Source: Eledone cirrhosa (lineage: Eukaryota). From it: a stretch of DNA of 64,000 nt. The translations under genes and the position numbers were made by a program. Shown one piece after another: positions 42,765 through 57,723 of this stretch. The DNA is taken from assembly GCA_964016885.1 (NCBI GenBank), contig OZ024754.1, forward strand, positions 41,664,001-41,728,000. Direction: 5' to 3'. Within the stretch, counting starts at the first letter, position 1; each line of letters opens with the position of its first letter. The notes below the pieces were generated by a model. It saw only the letters and a program-made list of their open reading frames with translations, was not told the DNA's origin and did not search any database.

Positions 42765-42896
42765 GTAAGTAACAATAGTACATTTATGTTTACTGAAGCG
42801 AGACATCGTGGGTGTGTTAGTGTCAATTTCTCAACTGTTAACCTCAACACACACACTCCTTTATTTAACATTATATATATATATATACATACATAC

Positions 42897-42938
<42 letters not shown>

Positions 42939-42966
42939 GCGTGTATATATATATATACATACATAC

Positions 42967-43023
<57 letters not shown>

Positions 43024-43911
43024 CATGCGTGTATATATATATATATATATACATGCGTGTATATATATATATATATATATACATGCGTGTATATATATAT
43101 ATACATGCGTATATATACATACGTGTGTGTGATATATATATATGTGTGATATATATATGTGTGATATATATATGTGTGTGATATATATATATGTGTGATA
43201 TATATATATGTGTGATATATATATATGTGTGATATATATATATGTATGATAAATATATATATGTATGATAAATATATATATGTATGATAAATATATATAT
43301 GTATGATAAATATATATATGTATGATAAATATATATATGTATGATAAATATATATATGTATGATATATATATATGTATGATATATATATATATATGTGAT
43401 ATATATATATATATGTGATATATATATATATGTGTGTGATATATCTATATATATGTGTGATATATATATGTGCGTGATATATATATATTATATATATGTG
43501 TGTGTTATATATATATGCGTGATATATATATATATATATTATATATATATATATATGTGTGTGTTATCTATATATATATACGCACACTTATTTTCTTACA
43601 CACGACTAACACACAATAGCTTCTAAGACCGGTTTCCTTATTATTATTCACACGACAGATAATATTCCATGTTATCTATCACAAAACAACATTTAAGACG
43701 ACATAAATATCTTTTCTTTGATGGTTTGTTTGTATTTCTCTCTAGAACTGCCATAAATAATTTCACCGGTTCTCTCTTAAACGAAACCCTCCCACAAATA
43801 GATGGACGGGTTTCATATCTTTATATATTTATATATCGCTCGTAGATATTTATATATGATATGTTCGTACATATGAATATATATATGAATATATATATGA
43901 ATATATATATA

Positions 43912-43959
<48 letters not shown>

Positions 43960-43969
43960 TATATATATA

Positions 43970-44017
<48 letters not shown>

Positions 44018-44043
44018 TATATATATATGAATATATATATATA

Positions 44044-44101
<58 letters not shown>

Positions 44102-44125
44102 TATATATATATGAATATATATATA

Positions 44126-44176
<51 letters not shown>

Positions 44177-44299
44177 AATACGTACATATAAATATATATA
44201 CATATGTGTACATATACATGTGTATATTTATCCATATAAATATATATACGTGTGTGTGTGTGTATGTATATATATATTAATAAATATATATATATATAT

Positions 44300-44965
44300 A
44301 TGAATACATGTGTATATATATAGATATATATATGAATATATATACATGTATGTGTGTGTATATATATAGATATATATATGAATATATATACATGTATGTG
44401 TGTGTATATATATAGATATATATATGAATATATATACATGTATGTGTGTGTATATATATAGATATATATATGAATATATATACATGTGTGTGTGTATATA
44501 TATAGATATATATATGAATATATATACATGTGTGTGTGTATATATATAGATATATATATGAATATATATACATGTACGTGTGTGTGTATATATATACATA
44601 GATATATATATGAATATATATACATGTATGTGTGTGTGTATATATATACATAGATATATATATGAATATATATACATGTACGTGTGTGTGTATATATATA
44701 CATAGATATATATATGAATATATATACATGTATGTGTGTGTGTATATATATACATAGATATATATATGAATATATATACATGTATGTGTGTGTGTATATA
44801 TATACATAGATATATATATGAATATATATACATGTATGTGTGTGTGTATATATATACATAGATATATATATGAATATATATACATGTGTGTGTGTATATA
44901 TATACATACATATATATATGAATATATATACATGTACGTGTGTGTGTATATATATATGAATATAT
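44300..44965. repeat. About 50-56-bp higher-order TA/TG minisatellite
   Basis: GATATATATATGAATATATATACATGT..GTGTGTATATATA units. Confidence 0.9.
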
Positions 44966-44989
44966 ATACATATGTATGTGTGTGTATAC

Positions 44990-45028
<39 letters not shown>

Positions 45029-45409
45029 CAACATATATATATATAATATATCAACATATATAATTAACGTACTTAAAAAAATACGGATGAAATAAAATCG
45101 TATTTCTATTAGAATATCTTGTAGCTTTATGTTTATTACATTGTTTTAAACGATACATCTAATTTCCATCTACCATCCTCTCTCCCTATATATATATATT
45201 TATTTAATATCATTGAATATTTACTCCAGAAAACTGTCGAGTGCTCTGAATCAGTTATAAACACTTATATTTGTTGAATTTCCAACAAATTAAATATCCC
45301 TTCTACTTATATTTATAGCCATATATTAAACAATCTTATCTCCATCCATCCATCCATCTAAATATATTCTCCCATCTTTACTTTATCTGTCTATCCATCC
45401 ATCTCCCTA

Positions 45410-45476
<67 letters not shown>

Positions 45477-45495
45477 CCTTCTATCTATCTCCATA

Positions 45496-45531
<36 letters not shown>

Positions 45532-45553
45532 TATCCTTCTATCTATCTCCATA

Positions 45554-45596
<43 letters not shown>

Positions 45597-45619
45597 TTAT
45601 CCTTCTATCTATCTCCATA

Positions 45620-45670
<51 letters not shown>

Positions 45671-47023
45671 CCTTCTATCTATCTCCATATCTGTCCCTCT
45701 CTCTCTATATATATATTTATATCTAGATATTTATCCATCTATCAATGTCCCTGTACGGTCGACATTATGTAGGGGATGAATTGTGGTTTTGTATTTCACT
45801 CAGTTTCTTATCAAACCTTTGTTTTTGTTTGTTGTGGCATTATTATTAATAGTAATAATAATATGTTACTAATATATCGAAGAATATTGGTACTCCCCCC
45901 TATATATATAATATGTATATATATAATATGTATATATATATATTATATATATATAATATGTATATATAATATACAAACACACATGGATTTGGTTTGGAAA
46001 TAATTTACCCACCCCCTACAATTTTTCTGTCACATTCAAGTGCACACACACACATATATATATATATCTATATATATATATATATATAATGTGCGTGTGT
46101 GTTTGATTTGCAGTTCATTAAACCGTTATTGCCACAAGAAGGACACTCATTATAATATGTGTGTGTGTATGTATAGATGTATATATATATATATACAGAT
46201 ATATATATATATGTATATATATATTATACACACATTTTTGTCTAGAACCACTTACATGCTATGACAAGCTACACACTTTTATTCCGTGGATTCACCACAT
46301 ACCCTCCCACTATATACACGCGTACATCATTATAAATATGTATATATGTATTTATGTATGATTTATGATAAATATTATTTGCATTTGTAGGTATATATAT
46401 ATATATATATATATTGTATATATATATATATATATGTATATAATGTGTGTATGTATATCAGTTATAATAAATAATAATATTATTGGTATTAGCAATGGAA
46501 TAATAGAATGTTTAGAAAGTCTGACCAAATTTCTAGCGGTATTTAGTGGCCTATTTTTGCTTCTGGGTTCAAATCCTGCTGGGGTCAACGATCCATTCGT
46601 GTTTCCAGGGTCGCTACTATAAATTAGCAGTCAAGTGCAGAAGGATGGGGTGGGACTGACCGTCTAATCCACTAGATTCATCTCTCCCCTCCTTTCACAA
46701 TCCTGCTTCACCCACCCACCCTCTCGTTTTATTTTTGTTATAATCCCACCGAGGTTAACTTTGCCTTTCATCTTTACCGAGGTCGAGAACAAAGTACCAG
46801 TGATGCACTGGGGAAGGGGATGATAATTGCTGGCCTTGTGCCCAAATTAGAAACACTTATTGTTTGTCCTTGCAATGTCCCCTCCATTTCTTGCCCTTCT
46901 GGCAAATAAGAGACATCATCACCAACTCCTTATTTCCACTTCATTAGAAACCCTATTTCTCTCTCCTCTCTCCAATCCTGTTTTTTGCATTATTTAAGCT
47001 AAATTATTTTATCTCGTTTCCAG

Positions 47024-47085
47024 TCCGGCAAATCTCCAGAAATCATGTTTTTGTTTTAACCTTAAAGCACCGTGTAACCTAAGAT
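47024..47085 (+). other. Candidate short, probably non-coding exon
   Basis: TTTTATCTCGTTTCCAG acceptor and GTAAGC donor. Confidence 0.25.
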
Positions 47086-47135
47086 GTAAGCATCCACCCA
47101 GCAGAACTATGTGATAGTTGTGTGTATGTATGTAT

Positions 47136-47228
<93 letters not shown>

Positions 47229-47520
47229 AGAAGGGATATTTAATTTGTTGGAAATTCAACAAATATAAATGTTTATAACTGATTCAGAGCACTCGACAAG
47301 TTTTTTTCTGGAGTAAATATTCAATGATATTAAATAAATGGAAACTATATTTATATAACCATATTTATTCTATTATATATATTTCAAGGGTACCAAAAAC
47401 TTTGGTACGCTTTCATCAGATAAAATACAGTGTGTTTTATAAATTTTTACATAACCAAGGAAAATTCAACTGATAAGGTATGTTTCCTTGGCTATGTCAA
47501 AATTTATAAAACACGCTTTG

Positions 47521-47582
47521 TATTTTATCTGATGAAAGCGTACCAAAGTTTTTGGTACCCTTGAAATATATATAATAGAATA
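47521..47582 (+). ncRNA. Type I hammerhead in palindromic element 47224-47625
   Basis: TATTTTAT-CTGATGA-AAGCGTACCAAA(G)TTTTTGGTACCCTT-GAAA-TATATA-TA-ATAGAATA; inverted copy at about 47365-47427. Confidence 0.82.
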
Positions 47583-47873
47583 AATATGGTTATATAAATA
47601 TAGTTTCCATTTATTTAATATCATTGTATGTATATATATATATATATATATATTATAAAATACAAAAATTAATAAAATAGATGTTCTTTTGATCAATTAC
47701 ATTTTATTATACATATTTGGGATGTACAACAGTATATATATATATTTCTAGTACGTGTTCGAGCCGACAGGATGAGGCCATGCTGGGGCATATTTTAAAT
47801 ATTTTCCATCTTGACGTTATAGTCACTTATACATTATGAAATACTGTTGGCTTCTTGCTCACATTAATTTCTC

Positions 47874-47916
<43 letters not shown>

Positions 47917-48871
47917 ATAGGAAGACGGACGTAAAATTATATATATAGATGTGTGGGTGTGTATATCAATATATATATATATATATATATATACATAAAA
48001 ATGTATATATATGTATGTATATATATATATATATAGTCTGAACTGTATGTTTGTTCCTATGTATTTAAACGTTGTTTTCACAATCTACGTATTTCTACTA
48101 AATGCATTGTGACCGTGTGAGTGTATATAAAACTTATTCCAGTTTTGTATGTGTGTGTATGTATACGTAAATGTGTGTATGTATATATACGTAAATGTGT
48201 GTGTATATATATATATGTGTGTGTGTGTGTGTATGTAAATGTATATACGTAAATGTGTGTGTATATATATATGTGTATGTATACGTAAATATGTGTGTAT
48301 ATATATATATATGTAAGTGTATATACGTAAATATGTGTGCATATATATGTGTATCTCTGTATATATATACGTAAATGTGTGTGTATATATATATGTGTGT
48401 GTATATATATATATATGTGTGTGTGTATTTATATATATGTGTGTGTGTGTATTTATATATATATGTGTGTGTGTATATATTTATATATATATGTGTGTGT
48501 GTATATATATATATATGTATATATATATGTGTGTGTGTGTGTATATTTAAATATATATCTATATGTGTGTGTGTACTTGTTCCCCACCGACATCCTATTT
48601 CGCCTGTTAAGCCAAATTCTATATTTTGGTGGTATAGCTGGTACCTCTTTGGTAAAAAGATGCTTGACTGTCAGAAATGGTAGCAAGCCGGACTAAACAA
48701 TACAGTATTATGTTTTGTTGTCTTTAGCTTATGAATTGAAAACATTCTGGAACGAGAAAGTCAATACCAGTTATGTCTTAGTGCCATCCCAGATCACGAG
48801 CTGGCTGCTTAGGAAACATTTGTAACCAGGATTAAGCAATAAATCTCCTATATAACACCTACACTTCCTTC

Positions 48872-48924
<53 letters not shown>

Positions 48925-49265
48925 AAAAAGTATGACTCCGACGGCAAAGCTCAAGCCGTCGAAACGGCTTGAGCTCTGCCGTCGGGGTCATACTTTTTCC
49001 TATTTCTCACGCTACTACCCTAAGTATTGAGTACTCTGGTGCGTTATGGTCCATCTTGTTCATCTGGTTCCTTACCACAATTCCTTTGTTATATATATAT
49101 ATATATACAATATATTAACAAATGGAAACTATATTTATAATACCATATTTATTTCATTATGGTGCGCTTTCATCAGATAAAATATAATATAGGTTAGTTT
49201 TATAAATAAATATTGACATACCCTTAAAAAATGCAACCATTCTGGTTGGAATCTCCTGGATTATA

Positions 49266-49323
<58 letters not shown>

Positions 49324-49329
<6 letters not shown>

Positions 49330-49718
49330 AAGTTTGTCCTCATCAGTGGCCTTCCAACCGTCGTAGGCATTTCGTCGCATTAAAGGCCATATACCTCAGG
49401 TTGGTGCGAGCAACGGCTAAAAAAAGTCGTTGGGACACGTAAATAAAGGGGACGCTAGGGTAAACAGACAAAATGGTTTAAGCAGCAGAAAGTGATGATG
49501 TTTCCTCTTCATCACTTTCTGCTGCTTAAACCATTTTGTCTGTTTACCCTAGCGTCCCCTTTATTTACGTGTCCCAACGACTTTTTTTAGCCGTTGCTCG
49601 CACCAACCTTAGGTATATGGCCTTTAATGCGACGAAATGCCTACGACGGTTGGAAGGCCACTGATGAGGACAAACTTTTTCATATGTAACCCATTTGCAG
49701 CGCCACAGCTCCATTATT

Positions 49719-49722
<4 letters not shown>
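49324..49722 (+). mobile_element. Palindromic TA-inserted element with about 175-bp arms plus 3' tail
   Basis: 49324-49498 is the reverse complement of 49509-49683; family members at 34060-34228 and 40585-40706. Confidence 0.9.
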
Positions 49723-49749
<27 letters not shown>

Positions 49750-49939
49750 GGAAAGTTATATTTAAATTGTTGGGTTAACAACGAGTAAATATTTATAACT
49801 GATATAAAAGCACTCAACAAGATATAAACGTTTGAAGTTAGAAGGCCAGAACGATGCAGGTTTGGATATAGAATATAAGCATTGTTCTCACCTAACTTCA
49901 CCTCACTACACAATGCTTCAAGTAAACTACCAATTCCTT

Positions 49940-49996
<57 letters not shown>

Positions 49997-50034
49997 CAAA
50001 ATATTAACAAAATAGATATTCTTGTGATCAATTA

Positions 50035-50348
50035 TATTTTATTATACATATTTCGGAGGTACTGAGTTAAGTTTAACAGTACGTCCTCATCAGATAAAAT
50101 AGGATGATGCATGACATACCCTGACATAGTAGATGGTTAAGATTCAGTCATGGTAGTGATTAACATATGACAAAACTCAATATTTATACCCTAATATTGA
50201 GAACATGAGATAACATAATACAAACAATACCATGACTGAATCTTAACCATCTACTATGTCAGGGTATGTCATGCATCATCCTATTTTATCTGATGAAGAC
50301 GTACTGTTAAACTTAACTCAGTACCTCTGAAATATGTATAATAAAATA
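50035..50348. ncRNA. Inverted pair of type I hammerheads (50035-50101 minus, 50282-50348 plus) in element 49992-50480
   Basis: TATTTTAT-CTGATGA-GGACGTACTG...CAGTACCTCC-GAAA-TATGTA-TA-ATAAAATA; same family as 36063. Confidence 0.85.
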
Positions 50349-50476
50349 TAATTGATCGCAAGAATATCCATTTTGAATTAATATTATTAACTCTGGAAAA
50401 ACCTTTTTCTGTTGAGTGCTTCCAATCTATTGTAAAACTCATTCTTTGATGTATTCATTGAACCTTGTTTAACTTT

Positions 50477-50527
<51 letters not shown>

Positions 50528-50680
50528 ATGAGGGTTTTCATTTATATATATCCTACACGAGTTAAAGTATAAGGAAAAGAAATCGAAAATGCAACTGGAG
50601 TCTTTCTAAGAATAGTTGCATTTTCGATTTATTTCCTTATACATATATATGTGTGTGTGTGTGTGCTTCAATCCGGGTTT

Positions 50681-50730
50681 TTTACCTGATGATTTCTTTT
50701 GAATGAAACGGTTCTAGTCCCGTAGAAGCC
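50681..50730 (+). ncRNA. Hammerhead motif of the 3929/28383 family with damaged stem I
   Basis: CTGATGA-TTTC(TTTT)GAAT-GAAA-CGG(TTCTAGTC)CCG-TA-GAAGC. Confidence 0.65.
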
Positions 50731-50879
50731 ATTTCAATATTAAACTTTATATATATATATACAATATTAATAAATGGAAACTATGTAGTTACTCCTTCTG
50801 GTTGGTGACGCGCGTTTCGCCACTGATCAGCTCAAGGTTCGATCTGTATCGATCTAGCCCGACTCTGTAATCCATGGCT

Positions 50880-50923
<44 letters not shown>

Positions 50924-51734
50924 TATGGTCTCGTAACTCCTGGTGGAGTCGTGGGGGTGTAGGGCATTTTAAAACTGGCGGAACCCATCTCTCTCTCTCC
51001 AGGTCTGAAAACAGCAGAGTTCTTCCAGAGGAGGACAGAGAGTGAGAGAAAAGAAGTGAGGGGGGAGATATAGAGGAATAAACGACCCCAGTATTTAACT
51101 GGTGCTTTTTGTGTTATCGATCTTGAAAGGATGAAAGGATTTAGAGCAATAGGGTGTGATTTGTGAAGGACTTAGCATGGCGTCCGACCCTCTACCGATA
51201 CTTTCTAGCATAGTTACGTCCCTTTACGGTCTGATTTCAAATCCCGTCGAGGTTAACTTCGCCTCTCATCCTTACGAGGTCGATAAAATAAAGTACCAGT
51301 AATACACTGGGATAATTGCTGGCCTTGTGCTAAAAGTAGAAACAATTATTAACTAGGCCGAGCGACCACGTACAAACTGACACACACACACCCCACATCG
51401 CCTCCAGTCTGTGTTGTTATGACTTCGTCATATTTAGGGCTTGTTTTAAGGAGCCAGCATCGGCAAAACTTCAAAGTAAGCTGTCAGTATTAATAGCACA
51501 CGCACACACAAATACACACACATATATACACACATTAACACGCTCAGACACACATACGCACACACAATATAGTCCTACCCATTTCCACTAGAAAATAGAA
51601 AAAGACGTAATAACCATCACGCGCCTTATATACCGAACCTTCAAAACCGTCCGTATCTGCCATTCAAGTATTGAGCTCAAGAATGATGTAATTAAAATGG
51701 ACGTGCGGCTTACACACGAACGTGTCTGTGTTTG

Positions 51735-51833
<99 letters not shown>

Positions 51834-52227
51834 TGTGTGTTTACACACACAAACGATCTTTGTGTGTAAACTTTCCACTTTCACTTTAAACTACAGTTAT
51901 TATCAATATATTTGAAGGCCGCGAGAGAACAATCTTCGTTTAGACGTGTTTTTATCTTGTTTTTTTTTACCACCAAAGTTCGTATTTATATAAAATATTG
52001 CTATAATAATAATAATTGTTTCTACTTTTGGCACAAAGCCAGCAATAACCCAGTACATTACTGGTACTTTATTTTATCGACCCTGTAAGGATGAAAGGCA
52101 AAGTTAACCTCGGCAGGATTTGAACTCAGAACGTAAAGGGACGTAATTCTATGCTGCAAAGCAGGGCGTCCAACCCTCTACCGATACTGCCAATAATAAA
52201 AATAGTGAGGCTTAAATATTCTCAGTT

Positions 52228-52730
52228 AGATGAGATACTGTGAGAAGACATAGAATAGTGCCTTGTATTTCCTGCTACATGTGGACAATGGATGAGATAC
52301 TGTGAGAAGACATAGAATAGTGCCTTGTGTTTCTTGCTACATGTGGACAATGGATGAGATACTGTGAGAAGACATAGAATAGTGCATTGTTTCCTGCTAC
52401 ATGTGGACAATGGATGAGATACTGTGAGAAGAGATAGAATAGTGACTTGTTTCCTGCTACATGTGGACAATGGATGAGATACTGTGAGAAGACATAGAAT
52501 AGTACCTTGTGTTTCTTGCTACATGTGGATAATGGATGAGATACTGTGAGAAGACAGAATAGTCCCTTGTGTTTCCTGCTACACGTGGACAATGGATGAG
52601 ATACTGTGAGAAGACAGAATAGTCCCTTGTGATCCCTGCTACATGTGGACAATGGATGAGGCCTAAATATTTCCAAGTTAGATGGATACTGTGATAATAC
52701 ACGAGTCCCTTGTGATTCCTACTACATGTG
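52228..52730. repeat. About 60-62-bp minisatellite
   Basis: GATGAGATACTGTGAGAAGACATAGAATAGT..TTCCTGCTACATGTGGACAATG, about 8 copies. Confidence 0.93.
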
Positions 52731-54286
52731 GAGCTGAAACCTCTTTGGGGTGTTACATTGGATGACCGAGGAAGGGGATAGGTTATTATTTACTTTGATG
52801 AGAGCAAATGAAACCAAGTGAAGAAACTACATTTTAGAATTGGTCTTAATGGTAGACCTTGAGTAAGATGGTTGGGTAACATCCATGAACTTGACTGGTC
52901 TCGTTTGGGGATTCCAGGCAGATCAGTTGGAGATGGTTGCTTCTGAGAGGACCTGCTGGAAGGAGTGTTTGAGGACTCTACCCCCCCCCCCCTACACACA
53001 CACACACACACACACACACGACCCTCTCAGCAATAAACGGGAGAAGCAGAAGAATAACTGATATGAGATAGTATTGGAACTGAAGTAGCTCCATTGTGGA
53101 ATACTCATGACAACCATCCTTTCATTACCATATTTCTAATGAAAGATACGTTAAATTATTTTAAACACAATGAAGTTATGTGTTTAAAATAATTTAGAAA
53201 ATAATGGAGTTAATAATATAACTAATTTTCTCCTTATTAAGCTGATAACAAAGGTTTTTACATAACATTTTGATGGAATGTTTTTAGATAGATATAAATA
53301 TTTTAGAATAAATGGCTTTATATCATAGAACCAGGAACAATTTCCCATTGCTCCAATTCACTCAGATGGCAAAAGTATGCTGTACCTGTATTTGAAAGGT
53401 CCAACTATGTCACATGTTGAGGGGGTTGTGTCGAAAGAGATTGTATAATGGACAAGATAAAAAGCGCTGAAGGTAGACACTTTCCTATTTGGTGAAGCCC
53501 ACAATGAGATTGAAGTTCGACTTTGGAGATGAAGGTAAGAATAAAGGGCTGCCCACCCATAAATTCATTGTAAAGTGATTGGAAGTAGTTTGGAGCATGA
53601 TCTGTATTAATCAGCTTACTGTCAGCATACACCTGTAGAGTGCAGAACTCACTTGGAAGAGGACACTTGCCCTTACTAGTCGGACTAATCCTGGATCTGT
53701 GAGATACCTTGATTGGTCTTAGGTGGCTGTTCCCTATTGAATGAAGGCTGTATTATTCATAAGGCTGACTAAGCTGAAGCTTAGGAGCCTGTCAGGTGTT
53801 TTTTTGTTTTTGAAGTGTCAGAAAGGACCCCAAGGATTTATCTACCTTGTTTAATCTAGAAAGCACCTGCTTTAAATAGATTTTATAAATTAAATTGACA
53901 TTTTATTCTGTGGTATATTTTTTGCCCATGGAAATAAAGTACTGGACTAGTTGTTCCGTGGAGTATGAATAATTTTCCAAATGTCTGTGAACCAAGCTTG
54001 CTTTAATCTTCACAACAATACAACAAGCTTTACAATACAAGATTTACAACAAGCTTTACAACAGTACAATAATATTTACAATACAACAAGCTTTACAACA
54101 ATCTTTGTGCCTGTTTCAATAATTGTTTGATGTGAACATCTTACTGTTGAAATTATAAGAATGGTGTCCTAAATGAGTTTCCTTAGCTTGTGCCTCATCC
54201 AAAATTTATGTACAGGTTTAAAATATTGAGTTTCTTATTAACAGGTTATAAGTTCAAACTTGAATTTTTGTATTAAATATATATAT

Positions 54287-54500
54287 CATCATCATCATCA
54301 TCGTTTAACGTCCATCTTCCACGCTTGCATGGGTTTGGACGGGAGGTTTCCCACTTGAGGCAAGATTTGTTGTCCTGCTCGTATAGGACTGTCTGGCGGG
54401 TTTTCTACGGCTGGATGCCCTTCCTAACACCAACCACGTTTACAGTGTGGACTGGGAGGTTTTTACCGTGTTACCTACACGGCCACATTACTGCGTGGAT
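54287..54500 (-). mobile_element. Dispersed retroposon 3' end with (GAT)n tail; second copy 55412-55620
   Basis: Two similar copies (GTTTAACGT..CTTCCACGCT..GGCTGGATGCCCTTCCTAACACCAACCA). Confidence 0.7.
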
Positions 54501-56232
54501 ATAATATATATATATATATAATATATATATTATATATAATATATATATGGCACCTCTGAGAAAAAGGCAGTGTTTATAACCTATAAAGATTTTTTTTGTT
54601 TTTTGGAAGATGGAAACAAAGAGAAAGAACAAATGAGAGAGATGAAAGAAGTTAAGTGCTTGCAGTAGAAATTATTGATTGCTAAAAACATTTAGCTAGG
54701 TTGGAAATTCTATAGTTTTTCAGTTGAAACGTCCTAAAAGAGAGATGTTATTTCTTTATTCAAGTCTGCCAAATTTTACAGCTCAATGGTTAATATTAGA
54801 GAGGGTATCCAGCTAGAAAACATTTTCTCCAATATATCCAAATTTCCAAATCAACTAATCCTACACTAACATGACAAACAAATAAAGAAAAAAAAAGAAA
54901 AATCTAAGACTATTTCTTTGATTTGACAAGTAAGAATTATTTTTCTTCTTGATTTTTCTTTTACCGATTCTTGAAGCTTTTCTAGATTAGTGTTTTTTTT
55001 TCCTTATACATTAGTGGAACCATATTTATCATATATCCTCTTTCATATTTTTATAACATGAGCTGTGTGTAAAAGTGTTTATATTTATCTAAAAACCTTC
55101 CATCATAATTTTATATAAGAACCTATCTTAAGGTTTTTTTACCAAAATATTAGCTTAATAATGAAAATATCAGCTATATTATTAAATCTCTCAAAACTTG
55201 ATTAGTTTGAAAGTAATCTTTTTATGCAGTTTCCAATAAAAAACACTGGCGATGATTTTCAAACTTTTTTTAAATAATCAAGAACCTTACATTAATTTAC
55301 TACCTTAGTTATGAAATAATTAATGATTTTAGTTAATCCCTTAAAATTCTCCATTAGCTAATTAAAATAGGATGTATTTCATTAGAAATGCGATCATGAA
55401 ATGGCTAAATTCATCATCATTGTTTAACGTTTATCTTCCACGCTAGCATGGGTTTAGACAGGAATTGTCCCACTTGAGGCAAGATTGGTCGCCTCGCTCG
55501 TATAGGAGTGTCTGGCAGGATTTCTACAGCTGGATGCCCTTCCTAACACCAACCATGTTTACAGTGTGGACTGGGAGGTTTTTACCGTGTTACCTACATG
55601 GTCACATTACAGCGTGGACTGTGTGTTTTTTTGTCGTGACACCTACACGATCTCATTTATTTAGTACTGGATGTTGTAACCATCCGCAGCTGAAATAAAT
55701 TAACTTTAAATATAAAATTTGGTTGTGTCTATATATTTAAAATGTCATTGTTTCTTGACATAACTCTGTACAATACTTCTACTTGGTATACCATGGAAAA
55801 GAATTATTTCTAATTTTATTATAATTTCAGGGAGAGTAAAGTTGATTAAATCAATACATTCTGTACTTATTGATTGGTTGACCCAGGGAAGATGAAAAGT
55901 AGGGTTGACCTTGGCAGGTTTTGAACCATTATATATCATATATTCATTGGCAGTTTCCCAACTTCTTAGCTTTTACTGTTTCTCTGATGTTTGAAACAAT
56001 TTATTTTTAATATTGTGATTCACTGATTACAATATTTGTTTACTAAACACAAGGGAGAGAGAAAGATATAATCAATTGGTTCTTCCATACTTTATTGATC
56101 TCCATATTTACCTGGGAGAATAGAAAACTTGATTTTAGCTTAATTTAACCCAATTGATACCAACCCACTCCAAACTACCTCTTGTTCTAAGAAACAGAAC
56201 CACCTGTTTTAAAGGGTTCCTATTTAAGTTAA

Positions 56233-56452
56233 CCCTTTAGTGTTCAAACCGGCCAAAACTGGCCAGAAATTTCTACCTCTTTCTGTTGAAACTGGCTGTA
56301 ACTGGTCACTCAAACTTATGTTAAGGTATTGTTCTCAAAATAAATACTTTCAAAATCTCATAGATTCGATATTATGTGAGAAAATTATGTGAGGTAAAGC
56401 ATTTACCATGAAAATATAATAGTATATATAGAGTAATGTGAATGGTTAAGGG
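56233..56452. mobile_element. piggyBac-like MITE
   Basis: TTAA|CCCTTT ... AAGGG|TTAA; homologous over its length to 59457-59677. Confidence 0.78.
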
Positions 56453-57203
56453 TTAAAAATCTTTCAGCATAACTTGATATAGGAACCTTTTGTTCAATTG
56501 TGTAGCAAATACTATTGCAATAATGGAATATCATCATCATCATTGTTTGGAGTAATTTGGAATAATTAATGATTTTAGTAAAACCTTTCAAATTCTTCTT
56601 TAATTAGTTCAAATACAATGTTTTATGAGGGTTGAACTTGTAAGGTTACAAGCACTGCACACACACATAAAGAGAACTCTCAATGCCTTAGAAAGAACAC
56701 CAAAACAACACTGCACATGTCCAAGGTGCACTGAGCTGTGCTCTGTAGTGCAGTGACAAGGCAATAAAAATTAGACTAATAATTAATATTTTCTTTGACT
56801 AGTTAGAAAGCCAAATCTATATAAACTTCTTCTTCACCCACTTATTTCTGAGAGGATCTTGAGGGCAGAGACCCCAAACACTCCTTACATATAATCATTC
56901 CAATCAATTCTGGTATGTTAAAGGATGTTTATTTTATCAACTTTGAAAGAATGAAAGGAAAAGTTACCCCCAACCTTGGCAGAGTGAACTGAGAAGCATC
57001 AAATAAATTATTTAAGGGCGGCAGAAGGGGAGGGGGGGGGGCGTTCTTAAGTTCTCAGCCTAATATGACTTAGTTATAAATAACTACAATAACACAGATT
57101 GTATTTCAAATTTTAGATAAGGCATTGTCATAATCATCACCATCATCATAATCATCACCATCACCACCATTATCATAATCATCACCATCATCACCATCAC
57201 CAC

Positions 57204-57239
<36 letters not shown>

Positions 57240-57404
57240 TGTTTTTACATCCACCTTTCCTTGCTTGTATAGGTTGGCTGGGTCCCTGGGTTGGCTGAGT
57301 CCCTTCCAGCACAGCCTTCCTCCATTTGTAGTGTTCCTTTGTCATCTCTACTGTGAAGGTCAGTGTTTTGTGACCAGGTTTTTCTCTCTTTTCTTCTTCT
57401 AGAC

Positions 57405-57723
57405 CAGTGGTTCCCAACCTTTTGTGTCCCATGTCCCACCCCAACATCCCAAACATTTTTATGCCCCACTTTGATATAAAAACAGCGATGATCAACTATA
57501 AAGTTTAAACAAATTGGCCTATGGGTGATGCCAAATGCACAATAACGTGTGGACGATGTGAGACAGATGTTTCTGACAGTAATTTGTTCCAAAGTTGCCT
57601 TGGTGTAAAAGTTATAAGATAAAACCTGAAGTTTGCTCTAGTTAACATCATTTTCAAAGTGCCCCTTCTTGAATATTCAAATTGCTCCTCTGTGGAGCGT
57701 GCATCCTACTTTGGGAATCACTG
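57405..57723. mobile_element. hAT (Charlie-like) MITE
   Basis: TIRs CAGTGGTTCCCAA / TTGGGAATCACTG; flanks TTCTAGAC and CTCTATGG resemble a decayed NTCTAGAN target duplication. Confidence 0.75.

Noticed and set aside
49618-49660. Twister, pistol or SECIS interpretation of the conserved 34.15/49.6 kb motif
   Set aside because: Their diagnostic nucleotides and pairings were not found, whereas the hammerhead core elements fit in register
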